From NCBI RefSeq assembly GCF_057098645.1, contig NZ_CM169472.1: a stretch of 64,000 nucleotides of DNA, one strand, 5' to 3'. The notes under the pieces were generated by a model. It made no database searches and was not told where the DNA came from. It worked only from the letters and a program-made list of their open reading frames with translations. Positions 53,631 through 64,000 of this stretch are shown here, in pieces. Position 1 is the first letter of the stretch. Each line of letters opens with the position of its first letter. The translations under genes were made by a program, and so were the position numbers.

Positions 53631-56600
53631 GTGAAGTTTTTTGCCCTCTTCATTTACCGTCCGGTGGCGACGATTTTACTGTCGGTTGCCATTACCCTGT
53701 GCGGCATACTGGGCTTCCGTATGCTGCCGGTCGCCCCGCTGCCGCAGGTCGATTTTCCGGTGATTATGGTCAGCGCCTCGCTGCCCGGTGCGTCACCAGA
53801 AACAATGGCGTCTTCCGTTGCCACGCCGCTGGAGCGCTCACTTGGGCGCATTGCCGGAGTCAGTGAAATGACCTCCAGCAGTTCGCTCGGCAGCACGCGT
53901 ATTATTTTGCAGTTTGATTTTGACCGGGATATCAACGGCGCAGCGCGTGATGTGCAGGCGGCGATCAACGCTGCACAAAGTTTGCTGCCCAGTGGGATGC
54001 CCAGCCGCCCGACCTATCGCAAAGCGAACCCGTCGGATGCGCCAATTATGATCCTCACGCTGACGTCCGATACTTATTCGCAGGGTGAACTGTACGATTT
54101 CGCCTCGACGCAGCTGGCTCCGACGATTTCGCAAATCGACGGTGTTGGTGATGTCGATGTCGGAGGCAGCTCACTGCCCGCCGTACGCGTCGGGCTGAAT
54201 CCGCAGGCGCTGTTTAATCAGGGCGTGTCGCTGGACGACGTACGCACCGCCGTCAGCAATGCCAACGTGCGTAAACCGCAGGGCGCGCTGGAAGATGGCA
54301 CTCACCGCTGGCAGATCCAGACCAATGATGAGCTAAAAACCGCCGCTGAATATCAGCCGTTGATTATTCATTACAACAACGGCGGCGCGGTTCGTCTGGG
54401 CGATGTGGCGACGGTGACCGACTCAGTGCAGGATGTGCGCAACGCCGGGATGACCAACGCCAAACCGGCTATTTTACTGATGATCCGCAAACTGCCGGAA
54501 GCCAATATTATCCAGACGGTTGACAGCATCCGGGCAAAATTACCGGAGTTGCAGGAAACCATTCCGGCGGCGATTGATCTGCAAATTGCCCAGGATCGCT
54601 CCCCCACCATTCGCGCCTCGCTGGAAGAAGTCGAGCAAACGCTGATTATCTCGGTGGCGCTGGTGATTCTGGTGGTGTTTTTATTCCTGCGCTCGGGTCG
54701 CGCCACTATTATTCCCGCCGTTTCGGTGCCGGTTTCGCTGATTGGTACGTTTGCGGCGATGTACCTGTGCGGATTCAGTCTCAATAACCTTTCGTTAATG
54801 GCGCTCACCATCGCTACTGGTTTCGTGGTGGATGACGCCATCGTGGTGCTGGAAAACATTGCACGTCATCTGGAAGCGGGAATGAAACCGTTGCAAGCCG
54901 CACTGCAAGGTACTCGCGAAGTCGGTTTTACGGTGCTGTCGATGAGTCTGTCACTGGTGGCGGTGTTCCTGCCGCTGCTGTTGATGGGCGGATTGCCGGG
55001 CCGACTGTTACGCGAGTTTGCCGTGACGCTTTCTGTCGCCATTGGTATTTCGTTGCTGGTTTCTCTGACATTAACGCCAATGATGTGTGGCTGGATGCTG
55101 AAAGCCAGCAAGCCGCGCGAGCAAAAGCGACTGCGTGGTTTTGGTCGCATGTTGGTAGCCCTGCAACAAGGCTACGGCAAGTCACTGAAATGGGTGCTCA
55201 ATCATACCCGTCTGGTGGGCGTGGTGCTGCTTGGCACCATTGCGCTGAATATCTGGCTGTATATCTCGATCCCGAAAACCTTCTTCCCGGAGCAGGACAC
55301 TGGCGTGTTGATGGGCGGGATTCAGGCGGATCAGAGTATTTCGTTTCAGGCGATGCGCGGTAAGTTGCAGGATTTCATGAAAATTATCCGTGACGATCCG
55401 GCAGTGGATAATGTCACCGGCTTTACAGGCGGTTCGCGAGTGAACAGCGGGATGATGTTTATCACCCTCAAGCCACGCGACGAACGCAGCGAAACGGCGC
55501 AGCAAATTATCGACCGTCTGCGCGTAAAACTGGCGAAAGAACCGGGGGCGAATCTGTTCCTGATGGCGGTACAGGATATTCGCGTTGGTGGGCGTCAGTC
55601 GAACGCCAGCTACCAGTACACGTTGTTATCCGACGACCTGGCGGCACTGCGCGAATGGGAGCCGAAAATCCGCAAAAAACTGGCGACGTTGCCGGAACTG
55701 GCGGACGTGAACTCCGATCAGCAGGATAACGGCGCGGAGATGAATCTGGTTTACGACCGTGACACCATGGCACGGCTGGGAATCGACGTACAAGCCGCCA
55801 ACAGTCTGTTAAATAACGCCTTCGGTCAGCGGCAAATCTCGACCATTTACCAGCCGATGAACCAGTATAAAGTGGTGATGGAAGTGGATCCGCGCTATAC
55901 CCAGGACATCAGTGCGCTGGAAAAAATGTTCGTTATCAATAACGAAGGCAAAGCGATCCCGCTGTCGTATTTCGCTAAATGGCAACCGGCGAATGCCCCA
56001 CTATCGGTGAATCATCAGGGATTATCGGCGGCCTCGACCATTTCGTTCAACCTGCCGACCGGAAAATCGCTCTCGGACGCCAGTGCGGCGATCGATCGCG
56101 CAATGACCCAGCTTGGTGTGCCTTCGACGGTGCGCGGCAGTTTTGCCGGAACAGCGCAGGTGTTCCAGGAGACGATGAACTCACAGGTGATCCTGATTAT
56201 CGCCGCCATCGCCACGGTGTATATCGTGCTGGGTATCCTTTACGAGAGTTATGTGCACCCGCTGACGATTCTCTCCACCCTGCCCTCGGCGGGTGTTGGA
56301 GCGCTGCTGGCGCTGGAGCTGTTCAATGCCCCGTTCAGCCTAATCGCCCTGATAGGGATCATGCTATTAATCGGCATCGTGAAGAAAAACGCCATTATGA
56401 TGGTCGATTTTGCGCTTGAAGCCCAACGGCACGGTAACCTGACGCCGCAGGAAGCTATTTTCCAGGCCTGTCTGCTGCGTTTTCGCCCGATTATGATGAC
56501 TACCCTGGCGGCGCTGTTTGGCGCGCTGCCGCTGGTGTTGTCGGGCGGCGACGGCTCGGAGCTGCGGCAACCCCTGGGGATCACCATTGTCGGCGGACTG

Positions 56601-56708
56601 GTAATGAGCCAGCTCCTTACGCTGTATACCACGCCGGTGGTGTATCTCTTTTTCGACCGTCTGCGGCTGCGTTTTTCGCGTAAACCTAAACAAACGGTAA
56701 CCGAGTAA
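53631..56708 (+). CDS. mdtC: Multidrug efflux RND transporter MdtC
   Basis: 1025 aa; GTG start immediately after the mdtB stop. Confidence 0.95.
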   Translation: MKFFALFIYRPVATILLSVAITLCGILGFRMLPVAPLPQVDFPVIMVSASLPGASPETMASSVATPLERSLGRIAGVSEMTSSSSLGSTRIILQFDFDRDINGAARDVQAAINAAQSLLPSGMPSRPTYRKANPSDAPIMILTLTSDTYSQGELYDFASTQLAPTISQIDGVGDVDVGGSSLPAVRVGLNPQALFNQGVSLDDVRTAVSNANVRKPQGALEDGTHRWQIQTNDELKTAAEYQPLIIHYNNGGAVRLGDVATVTDSVQDVRNAGMTNAKPAILLMIRKLPEANIIQTVDSIRAKLPELQETIPAAIDLQIAQDRSPTIRASLEEVEQTLIISVALVILVVFLFLRSGRATIIPAVSVPVSLIGTFAAMYLCGFSLNNLSLMALTIATGFVVDDAIVVLENIARHLEAGMKPLQAALQGTREVGFTVLSMSLSLVAVFLPLLLMGGLPGRLLREFAVTLSVAIGISLLVSLTLTPMMCGWMLKASKPREQKRLRGFGRMLVALQQGYGKSLKWVLNHTRLVGVVLLGTIALNIWLYISIPKTFFPEQDTGVLMGGIQADQSISFQAMRGKLQDFMKIIRDDPAVDNVTGFTGGSRVNSGMMFITLKPRDERSETAQQIIDRLRVKLAKEPGANLFLMAVQDIRVGGRQSNASYQYTLLSDDLAALREWEPKIRKKLATLPELADVNSDQQDNGAEMNLVYDRDTMARLGIDVQAANSLLNNAFGQRQISTIYQPMNQYKVVMEVDPRYTQDISALEKMFVINNEGKAIPLSYFAKWQPANAPLSVNHQGLSAASTISFNLPTGKSLSDASAAIDRAMTQLGVPSTVRGSFAGTAQVFQETMNSQVILIIAAIATVYIVLGILYESYVHPLTILSTLPSAGVGALLALELFNAPFSLIALIGIMLLIGIVKKNAIMMVDFALEAQRHGNLTPQEAIFQACLLRFRPIMMTTLAALFGALPLVLSGGDGSELRQPLGITIVGGLVMSQLLTLYTTPVVYLFFDRLRLRFSRKPKQTVTE

Positions 56709-58124
56709 ATGACAGATCTTCCCGACAGCACCCGTTGGCAATTGTGGATTGTGGCTTTCGGCTTCTTTATGCAGTCGCTGGACACCACCATCGTAAACAC
56801 CGCCCTTCCCTCAATGGCGCAAAGCCTCGGGGAAAGTCCGTTGCATATGCACATGGTCATTGTCTCTTATGTGCTGACCGTGGCGGTGATGCTGCCCGCC
56901 AGCGGCTGGCTGGCGGACAAAGTCGGCGTGCGCAATATTTTCTTTACCGCCATCGTGCTGTTTACTCTCGGTTCACTGTTTTGCGCGCTTTCCGGCACGC
57001 TGAACGAACTGTTGCTGGCACGCGCGTTACAGGGCGTTGGCGGCGCGATGATGGTGCCGGTCGGCAGATTGACGGTGATGAAAATCGTACCGCGCGAGCA
57101 ATATATGGCGGCGATGACCTTTGTCACGTTACCCGGTCAGGTCGGTCCGCTGCTCGGTCCGGCGCTCGGCGGTCTGCTGGTGGAGTACGCATCGTGGCAC
57201 TGGATCTTTTTGATCAACATTCCGGTGGGGATTATCGGTGCGATCGCCACATTGCTGTTAATGCCAAACTACACCATGCAGACGCGGCGCTTTGATCTCT
57301 CCGGATTTTTATTGCTGGCGGTTGGCATGGCGGTATTAACCCTGGCGCTGGACGGCAGTAAAGGTACAGGTTTATCGCCGCTGACGATTGCAGGCCTGGT
57401 CGCAGTTGGCGTGGTGGCACTGGTGCTTTATCTGCTGCACGCCAGAAATAACAACCGTGCCCTGTTCAGTCTGAAACTGTTCCGTACTCGTACCTTTTCG
57501 CTGGGCCTGGCGGGGAGCTTTGCCGGACGTATTGGCAGTGGCATGTTGCCCTTTATGACACCGGTTTTCCTGCAAATTGGCCTCGGTTTCTCGCCGTTTC
57601 ATGCCGGACTGATGATGATCCCGATGGTGCTTGGCAGCATGGGAATGAAGCGAATTGTGGTACAGGTGGTGAATCGCTTTGGTTATCGTCGGGTACTGGT
57701 AGCGACCACGCTGGGTCTGTCGCTGGTCACCCTGTTGTTTATGACTACCGCCCTGCTGGGCTGGTACTACGTTTTGCCGTTCGTCCTGTTTTTACAAGGG
57801 ATGGTCAACTCGACGCGTTTCTCCTCCATGAACACCCTGACGCTGAAAGATCTCCCGGACAATCTGGCGAGCAGCGGCAACAGCCTGCTGTCGATGATTA
57901 TGCAATTGTCGATGAGTATCGGCGTCACTATCGCCGGGCTGTTGCTGGGACTTTTTGGTTCACAGCATGTCAGCGTCGACAGCGGCACCACACAAACCGT
58001 CTTTATGTACACCTGGCTTAGCATGGCGTTGATCATCGCCCTTCCGGCGTTCATCTTTGCCAGAGTGCCGAACGATACGCATCAAAATGTAGCTATTTCG
58101 CGGCGAAAAAGGAGCGCGCAATGA
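56709..58124 (+). CDS. mdtD: MFS transporter MdtD
   Basis: 471 aa; 14-TM MFS-like. Confidence 0.93.
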   Translation: MTDLPDSTRWQLWIVAFGFFMQSLDTTIVNTALPSMAQSLGESPLHMHMVIVSYVLTVAVMLPASGWLADKVGVRNIFFTAIVLFTLGSLFCALSGTLNELLLARALQGVGGAMMVPVGRLTVMKIVPREQYMAAMTFVTLPGQVGPLLGPALGGLLVEYASWHWIFLINIPVGIIGAIATLLLMPNYTMQTRRFDLSGFLLLAVGMAVLTLALDGSKGTGLSPLTIAGLVAVGVVALVLYLLHARNNNRALFSLKLFRTRTFSLGLAGSFAGRIGSGMLPFMTPVFLQIGLGFSPFHAGLMMIPMVLGSMGMKRIVVQVVNRFGYRRVLVATTLGLSLVTLLFMTTALLGWYYVLPFVLFLQGMVNSTRFSSMNTLTLKDLPDNLASSGNSLLSMIMQLSMSIGVTIAGLLLGLFGSQHVSVDSGTTQTVFMYTWLSMALIIALPAFIFARVPNDTHQNVAISRRKRSAQ

Positions 58125-59524
58125 AGTTCTGGCGACCCGGTATTACCGGCAAACTGTTTCTGGCGATTTTCGCCACCTGCATTGTCTTGCTGATCAGTAT
58201 GCACTGGGCGGTGCGTATCAGTTTTGAGCGTGGCTTTATTGATTACATCAAGCATGGTAATGAACAGCGATTACAACTGTTAAGTGATGCGCTTGGCGAG
58301 CAGTATGCGCAGCATGGCAACTGGCGCTTCCTGCGCAACAATGATCGCTTTGTCTTTCAGATCCTGCGTTCATTTGAACACGATAATTCGGAAGATAAAC
58401 CCGGCCCGGGTATGCCACCGCACGGCTGGCGTACCCAGTTCTGGGTGGTTGATCAAAACAACAAAGTGCTGGTTGGTCCGCGAGCGCCGATTCCACCTGA
58501 CGGTACACGGCGACCCATTCTGGTCAACGGTGCGGAAGTTGGCGCGGTGATCGCCTCCCCCGTTGAGCGGTTAACGCGCAATACTGATATCAATTTCGAT
58601 AAACAACAGCGGCAAACCAGCTGGTTGATTGTCGCCCTGGCAACGTTACTCGCGGCACTTGCCACTTTTCTGCTGGCGCGCGGTTTACTGGCACCGGTAA
58701 AACGACTTGTCGATGGCACGCACAAACTGGCGGCGGGCGATTTCACTACCCGCGTAACGCCCACCAGTGAAGATGAACTGGGCAAACTGGCGCAAGACTT
58801 CAACCAGCTTGCCAGCACACTGGAGAAAAACCAGCAAATGCGGCGCGATTTTATGGCCGATATTTCTCACGAACTGCGTACGCCATTAGCGGTGCTGCGC
58901 GGTGAACTGGAAGCCATTCAGGATGGCGTGCGTAAATTCACGCCGGAGACGGTGGCGTCTTTACAGGCGGAGGTCGGTACACTGACCAAACTGGTTGACG
59001 ATCTCCATCAGTTGTCGATGTCTGATGAAGGCGCTCTCGCCTATCAAAAAGCACCGGTAGATTTGATCCCACTGCTGGAAGTGGCGGGCGGCGCATTTCG
59101 CGAACGATTCGCCAGTCGTGGCCTGAAACTGCAATTTTCCCTGCCAGACAGTATTACCGTATTTGGCGATCGCGACCGTTTAATGCAGTTATTCAATAAC
59201 TTACTGGAAAACAGCCTGCGCTACACTGACAGCGGCGGCAGCCTGCAAATCTCTGCCGGGCAGCGCGACAAAACGGTGCGCCTGACCTTTGCCGACAGTG
59301 CGCCAGGTGTCAGTGACGATCAGCTACAAAAATTGTTTGAACGTTTTTATCGCACCGAAGGTTCCCGCAACCGTGCCAGCGGCGGTTCCGGGCTGGGGCT
59401 GGCGATTTGCCTGAACATTGTTGAAGCACATAATGGTCGCATTATTGCTGCCCATTCGCCTTTTGGCGGGGTAAGCATTACAGTAGAGTTACCGCTGGAA
59501 CGGGATTTACAGAGAGAAGTATGA
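58121..59524 (+). CDS. baeS: Envelope-stress sensor histidine kinase BaeS
   Basis: 467 aa; H-box SHELRTPL; HATPase region; 4-nt overlap with mdtD. Confidence 0.95.
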
Positions 59525-60243
59525 CCGAGTTACCAATCGACGAAAACACACCGCGTATTTTGATCGTGGAAGATGAACCGAAGCTGGGGCAGTTGCTCAT
59601 TGATTATCTGCGTGCTGCGAGCTATGCGCCGACGCTTATCAGCCACGGCGATCAGGTACTGCCGTATGTGCGCCAGACACCACCGGATCTGATCCTGTTA
59701 GATCTGATGCTCCCTGGCACCGATGGCCTGACGCTGTGCCGGGAAATTCGTCGTTTTTCTGACATTCCGATCGTGATGGTGACGGCAAAAATCGAAGAGA
59801 TCGATCGCCTGCTGGGGCTGGAGATTGGCGCAGATGATTATATCTGTAAGCCGTACAGCCCACGGGAAGTGGTAGCGCGCGTCAAAACCATTTTGCGCCG
59901 TTGCAAACCGCAGCGCGAGTTGCAGCAACAGGATGCTGAAAGCCCGTTGATTATCGACGAAGGTCGTTTTCAGGCTTCATGGCGCGGTAAAATGCTTGAC
60001 CTGACGCCTGCGGAATTTCGTCTGCTGAAAACGCTCTCTCACGAACCAGGAAAAGTGTTCTCCCGCGAGCAATTGCTCAATCATCTTTATGACGACTACC
60101 GCGTAGTAACCGACCGCACCATCGACAGCCACATTAAAAACCTGCGCCGCAAGCTGGAATCTCTCGACGCCGAACAGTCATTTATCCGCGCCGTTTATGG
60201 CGTCGGTTACCGCTGGGAAGCCGACGCCTGCCGCATCGTTTAG
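59521..60243 (+). CDS. baeR: OmpR-family response regulator BaeR
   Basis: 240 aa; receiver domain plus winged-helix; 4-nt overlap with baeS. Confidence 0.95.
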
Positions 60244-60433
60244 TTTTAGCGACATTATTTTGTTAGCCGGAGATGGCGTTCAGACCAGATCCGGCAACAT
60301 TATCCCACGCATGGTCAGCAAACTGACATTATCTCTCCGCCCTGGCAGGCATCAGAAAATCGCTCATACTTTAATCGGTAAACAGCACCTTTAGATGCTG
60401 TTTTCGATACACAATTTCAATCAAGGAGTCATT

Positions 60434-60766
60434 ATGGCTGGTTGGTTTGAACTCAGTAAGAGCAGTGATAATCAGTTCCGGTTTGTGCTAAAAGCGGGCA
60501 ATGGTGAGACTATCCTCACCAGCGAGCTTTATACCTCAAAAGCCTCTGCGGAAAAGGGCATCGCGTCGGTGCGTAGCAACAGCCCGCAAGAAGAACGCTA
60601 TGAGAAAAAAACGGCAAGTAACGGCAAATTCTATTTCAATCTGAAAGCCGCTAATCATCAAATTATCGGCTCCAGCCAGATGTACGCCACCGCGCAATCT
60701 CGTGAAACCGGAATTGCCTCCGTTAAAGCCAATGGCACAAGCCAGACGGTGAAAGACAATACGTAA
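60434..60766 (+). CDS. yegP: UPF0339 (DUF1508) tandem-repeat protein YegP
   Basis: 110 aa from ATG 60434 (MAGWFELSK...) with AAGGAG RBS; two internal about 50-aa repeats. Confidence 0.85.
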   Translation: MAGWFELSKSSDNQFRFVLKAGNGETILTSELYTSKASAEKGIASVRSNSPQEERYEKKTASNGKFYFNLKAANHQIIGSSQMYATAQSRETGIASVKANGTSQTVKDNT

Positions 60767-60912
60767 TTACGATGCCGGGCGTGGGTTGTTGGCGTCCGGC
60801 GCTTTACCAGATCCCCCCACAGCGCTACAATGCCCGCCCTTAAAGTGGAGGCACTCCCCTAACCGCTTCATCAGGTGAAGCGGATCTGACCTGTCATCAG
60901 AACGAGAGAATT

Positions 60913-62274
60913 ATGTTTAAACCGGAACTCCTTTCCCCGGCGGGAACGCTGAAAAATATGCGTTACGCTTTCGCTTATGGCGCAGATGCTGTTTATGCGG
61001 GCCAGCCGCGTTACTCCCTGCGTGTGCGCAACAACGAATTCAACCACGAAAATCTTCAGCTCGGCATCAATGAAGCCCACGCGCTGGGGAAAAAGTTTTA
61101 TGTCGTGGTCAACATTGCACCGCACAACGCCAAGCTGAAAACCTTTATCCGTGACCTGAAACCGGTGGTGGAAATGGGGCCGGATGCGCTGATTATGTCC
61201 GATCCAGGGCTGATTATGCTGGTGCGTGAGCACTTCCCTGAAATGCCGATCCACCTCTCGGTGCAGGCTAACGCCGTAAACTGGGCGACGGTGAAATTCT
61301 GGCAGCAAATGGGCCTGACCCGCGTGATCCTCTCTCGCGAGCTGTCGCTGGAAGAGATTGAAGAGATCCGCAATCAGGTGCCGGATATGGAGATCGAGAT
61401 CTTCGTTCACGGCGCACTGTGCATGGCCTACTCCGGTCGCTGCCTGCTCTCTGGCTATATCAACAAGCGCGATCCGAACCAGGGTACCTGCACCAACGCC
61501 TGCCGCTGGGAGTACAACGTCCAGGAAGGGAAAGAAGATGACGTTGGCAACATCGTACACAAGTACGAGCCGATTCCGGTGCAAAATGTTGAGCCGACGC
61601 TGGGTATCGGCGCGCCAACCGACAAAGTGTTTATGATCGAAGAAGCCCAGCGTCCGGGCGAGTATATGACCGCGTTTGAAGATGAGCACGGCACTTACAT
61701 CATGAACTCGAAAGATCTGCGCGCCATCGCCCATGTAGAACGCCTGACCAAAATGGGCGTGCATTCGCTGAAAATCGAAGGCCGTACTAAATCTTTCTAC
61801 TATTGCGCACGCACCGCACAGGTTTACCGTAAAGCTATCGATGACGCCGCTGCGGGCAAACCGTTCGATACCAGCCTGCTGGAAACTCTGGAAGGTCTGG
61901 CGCATCGTGGCTATACCGAAGGTTTCCTGCGTCGTCATACTCACGACGATTATCAGAACTACGAATACGGTTATTCAGTTTCTGACCGCCAGCAGTTTGT
62001 TGGTGAGTTTACCGGTGAGCGCAAGGGGGACCTCGCGGCGGTAGCGGTGAAAAATAAATTCTCCGTTGGCGACAGCCTTGAGCTGATGACGCCGCAAGGC
62101 AACATTAACTTTACCCTTGAGCACATGGAAAACGCCAAAGGTGAAGCGATGCCGGTCGCACCAGGCGATGGTTATACTGTGTGGCTCCCGGTCCCGCAGG
62201 ATCTTGAGCTCAATTACGCTCTGCTGATGCGTAATTTCTCCGGGGAAACCACGCGTAACCCACACGGTAAGTGA
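60913..62274 (+). CDS. yegQ: Peptidase U32-family protein YegQ (TrhP-like)
   Basis: 453 aa; MFKPELLSPAGTLKNMRYAFAYGADAVYAG typical of U32 family. Confidence 0.92.
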   Translation: MFKPELLSPAGTLKNMRYAFAYGADAVYAGQPRYSLRVRNNEFNHENLQLGINEAHALGKKFYVVVNIAPHNAKLKTFIRDLKPVVEMGPDALIMSDPGLIMLVREHFPEMPIHLSVQANAVNWATVKFWQQMGLTRVILSRELSLEEIEEIRNQVPDMEIEIFVHGALCMAYSGRCLLSGYINKRDPNQGTCTNACRWEYNVQEGKEDDVGNIVHKYEPIPVQNVEPTLGIGAPTDKVFMIEEAQRPGEYMTAFEDEHGTYIMNSKDLRAIAHVERLTKMGVHSLKIEGRTKSFYYCARTAQVYRKAIDDAAAGKPFDTSLLETLEGLAHRGYTEGFLRRHTHDDYQNYEYGYSVSDRQQFVGEFTGERKGDLAAVAVKNKFSVGDSLELMTPQGNINFTLEHMENAKGEAMPVAPGDGYTVWLPVPQDLELNYALLMRNFSGETTRNPHGK

Positions 62275-62358
62275 TTAATTTCGATTATTTTTCCCGGATG
62301 GAAAATTCTTAGAAACCGATCACATACAGCTGCATTTATTAAGGTTATCATCCGTTTC

Positions 62359-62446
62359 GCTGAAAAACATAACCCATAAAATGCTAGCTGTACCAGGAAC
62401 CACCTCCTTAGCCTGTGTAATCTCCCTTACACGGGCTTATTTTTTT
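62359..62446 (+). ncRNA. cyaR: CyaR (RyeE) Hfq-dependent sRNA
   Basis: gctgaaaaacataacccataaaatgctagctgtaccaggaaccacctccttagcctgtgtaatctcccttacacgggcttatttttt matches my recollection of CyaR (from memory, not searched); terminator hairpin plus T-run. Confidence 0.85.
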
Positions 62447-62604
62447 ATGCATAAGCCCTATCTCTGGTAACCGTCTTCCATTGACCACATCGATAGAATC
62501 CTCCTTCATAGCACGATGCCTTTCACTTATCGGCATCGTGCTCCCACAGGTTCCGGCTACGCACAGCCAGAACGCGCATATTTGACGCTTACCAAAAAAT
62601 ATTC

Positions 62605-62922
62605 TCACTCTCCACATTTGAATGTCAGACGAGCGACACCATGTAATCCTACACCTTCTGTCTTCAGCTCAACTATTTGCATTTTTTTGCCCTGAGTAAC
62701 ACAGAAATGAGTTGCATCATTTTTTACTATATTTTCTGCACCAGATATTCTACCCCTGGCTAAAGAAGCTTCGGCTTCGGTGTAGTATTGGTTATCGAGT
62801 TTACGCTGAATATTACTTTTATATGCAAGACCAAATTTACCGATACTTGTCTCATCATTATGCACAGCACAACCAGACATAATAAAAATACTAATTAATG
62901 ATATAGCAGCTATCTTTTTCAT
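62605..62922 (-). CDS. yegR: Small lipoprotein YegR
   Basis: 105 aa from ATG 62920-62922 (MKKIAAISLISIFIMSGCAV, lipobox MSGC); low-GC gene; track ORF extends 20 codons upstream. Confidence 0.8.
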   Translation of the reverse strand: MKKIAAISLISIFIMSGCAVHNDETSIGKFGLAYKSNIQRKLDNQYYTEAEASLARGRISGAENIVKNDATHFCVTQGKKMQIVELKTEGVGLHGVARLTFKCGE

Positions 62923-63327
62923 CTCACCTTCCCCCATTAAATACCAACGACACTCTCTAGTGTTTAAATATAATAATGGCATGATTATTATAATTGAATA
63001 GGATTATAATAAATGTTCTGTACAACATTTCCTACATAAGTAGGAATTACGGACATTGAGGCCCTTCAGGGTAACTCCATGGGGGCTTTAATATATTATA
63101 TTGAAGATGCCACTGTTTAGTTGAATATTAGGTATATGCTCTTTTTTGAAATTTATCGGTGGCAGCCGTTAGTATTCGCTGTCCCCATTGCAAGCTCCTG
63201 GTGGTAACCACTGAATCCTCCATACTTGAACTGACTTTTTATCCTCCGACTTTCATCCTGTTCTGACTCCACCTTTTGTTTTCTGCTCTACACTATCTAC
63301 AGACCAATCATAAAGGCACATACGATC

Positions 63328-64000
63328 ATGGCAGAATTTCCCGCCAGCTTACTGATTCTTAATGGCAAAAGTACTGACAATTTACCCTTGCGCGAAGCAA
63401 TTATGCTGTTGCGTGAGGAAGGAATGACGATCCATGTGCGGGTCACCTGGGAGAAAGGCGATGCCGCACGATATGTAGAGGAGGCCCGGAAGTTGGGCGT
63501 CGCAACGGTGATTGCTGGTGGTGGCGATGGCACCATTAATGAAGTTTCTACGGCGTTGATTCAGTGTGAGGGGGATGACATACCCGCGCTGGGAATTTTG
63601 CTATTAGGAACCGCCAATGATTTTGCCACCAGTGTAGGGATTCCTGAGGCACTGGATAAGGCGCTGAAACTGGCAATTGCCGGTGACGCCATTGCGATAG
63701 ATATGGCGCAGGTCAACAAACAAACCTGTTTTATTAATATGGCGACAGGCGGATTTGGGACGCGTATTACCACAGAAACGCCGGAAAAATTAAAAGCCGC
63801 GCTGGGTAGCGTCTCTTACATCATTCATGGCTTAATGCGTATGGATACTCTGCAACCGGACCGTTGTGAAATCCGCGGTGAAAACTTTCACTGGCAAGGT
63901 GACGCCCTGGTCATTGGTATTGGTAACGGGCGTCAGGCCGGTGGCGGTCAGCAATTGTGTCCGAACGCGTTAATTAACGATGGCTTGCTGCAACTGCGCA
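63328..64000 (+). CDS. yegS: Lipid kinase YegS (DAGK-catalytic family); partial, continues beyond window end
   Basis: ATG at 63328 opens [41 protein letters not shown]...[11 protein letters not shown]; no stop before the window end, so absent from the ORF track. Confidence 0.88.
   Translation, partial: MAEFPASLLILNGKSTDNLPLREAIMLLREEGMTIHVRVTWEKGDAARYVEEARKLGVATVIAGGGDGTINEVSTALIQCEGDDIPALGILLLGTANDFATSVGIPEALDKALKLAIAGDAIAIDMAQVNKQTCFINMATGGFGTRITTETPEKLKAALGSVSYIIHGLMRMDTLQPDRCEIRGENFHWQGDALVIGIGNGRQAGGGQQLCPNALINDGLLQLR

Noticed and set aside
53654-56860. Multiple minus-strand ORFs of 85-203 aa inside mdtB, mdtC and mdtD
   Set aside because: Antisense to highly conserved transporter genes in GC-rich DNA; Arg/Pro/Ser-rich low-complexity translations.
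60767-60912. Imperfect inverted repeat (gccgggcg ... cgtccggc) between yegP and yegQ, considered as terminator or REP
   Set aside because: Stem is imperfect, lacks a trailing T-run, and does not match the REP consensus seen elsewhere in the window.
60871-61944. 357-aa minus-strand ORF overlapping yegQ
   Set aside because: Entirely antisense to the U32 peptidase gene, His/Arg-rich, with no RBS; the plus-strand YegQ has clear family signatures.

Overview
This window reads as an Escherichia coli-type chromosomal segment; all gene identities are from reading the translated ORFs against remembered E. coli K-12 proteins, with no database search run. I found no convincing undescribed system: the content is a known locus with several strain-specific peculiarities. 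On the minus strand, bases 1-8245 are a low-GC O-antigen cluster downstream of galF carrying a sialic-acid pathway (neuD-neuB-neuA-neuC), wzx, wzy and a partial glycosyltransferase that runs off the window start. An IS1 copy (9422-10189, 9-bp target duplication) interrupts the 3' end of wcaM. The colanic-acid cluster follows (wcaL to wza, 11496-32883), then yegH, asmA, dcd, udk, dgcE, alkA, yegD, the overlapping yegL-pphC-yegI vWA/phosphatase/kinase triad, three tandem sib/ibs type I toxin-antitoxin modules, mdtABCD-baeSR, yegP, yegQ, cyaR, yegR and the 5' part of yegS. No rRNA, tRNA or CRISPR array was seen. Most long ORFs in the track that lie antisense to these genes are rejected as GC-driven artefacts.
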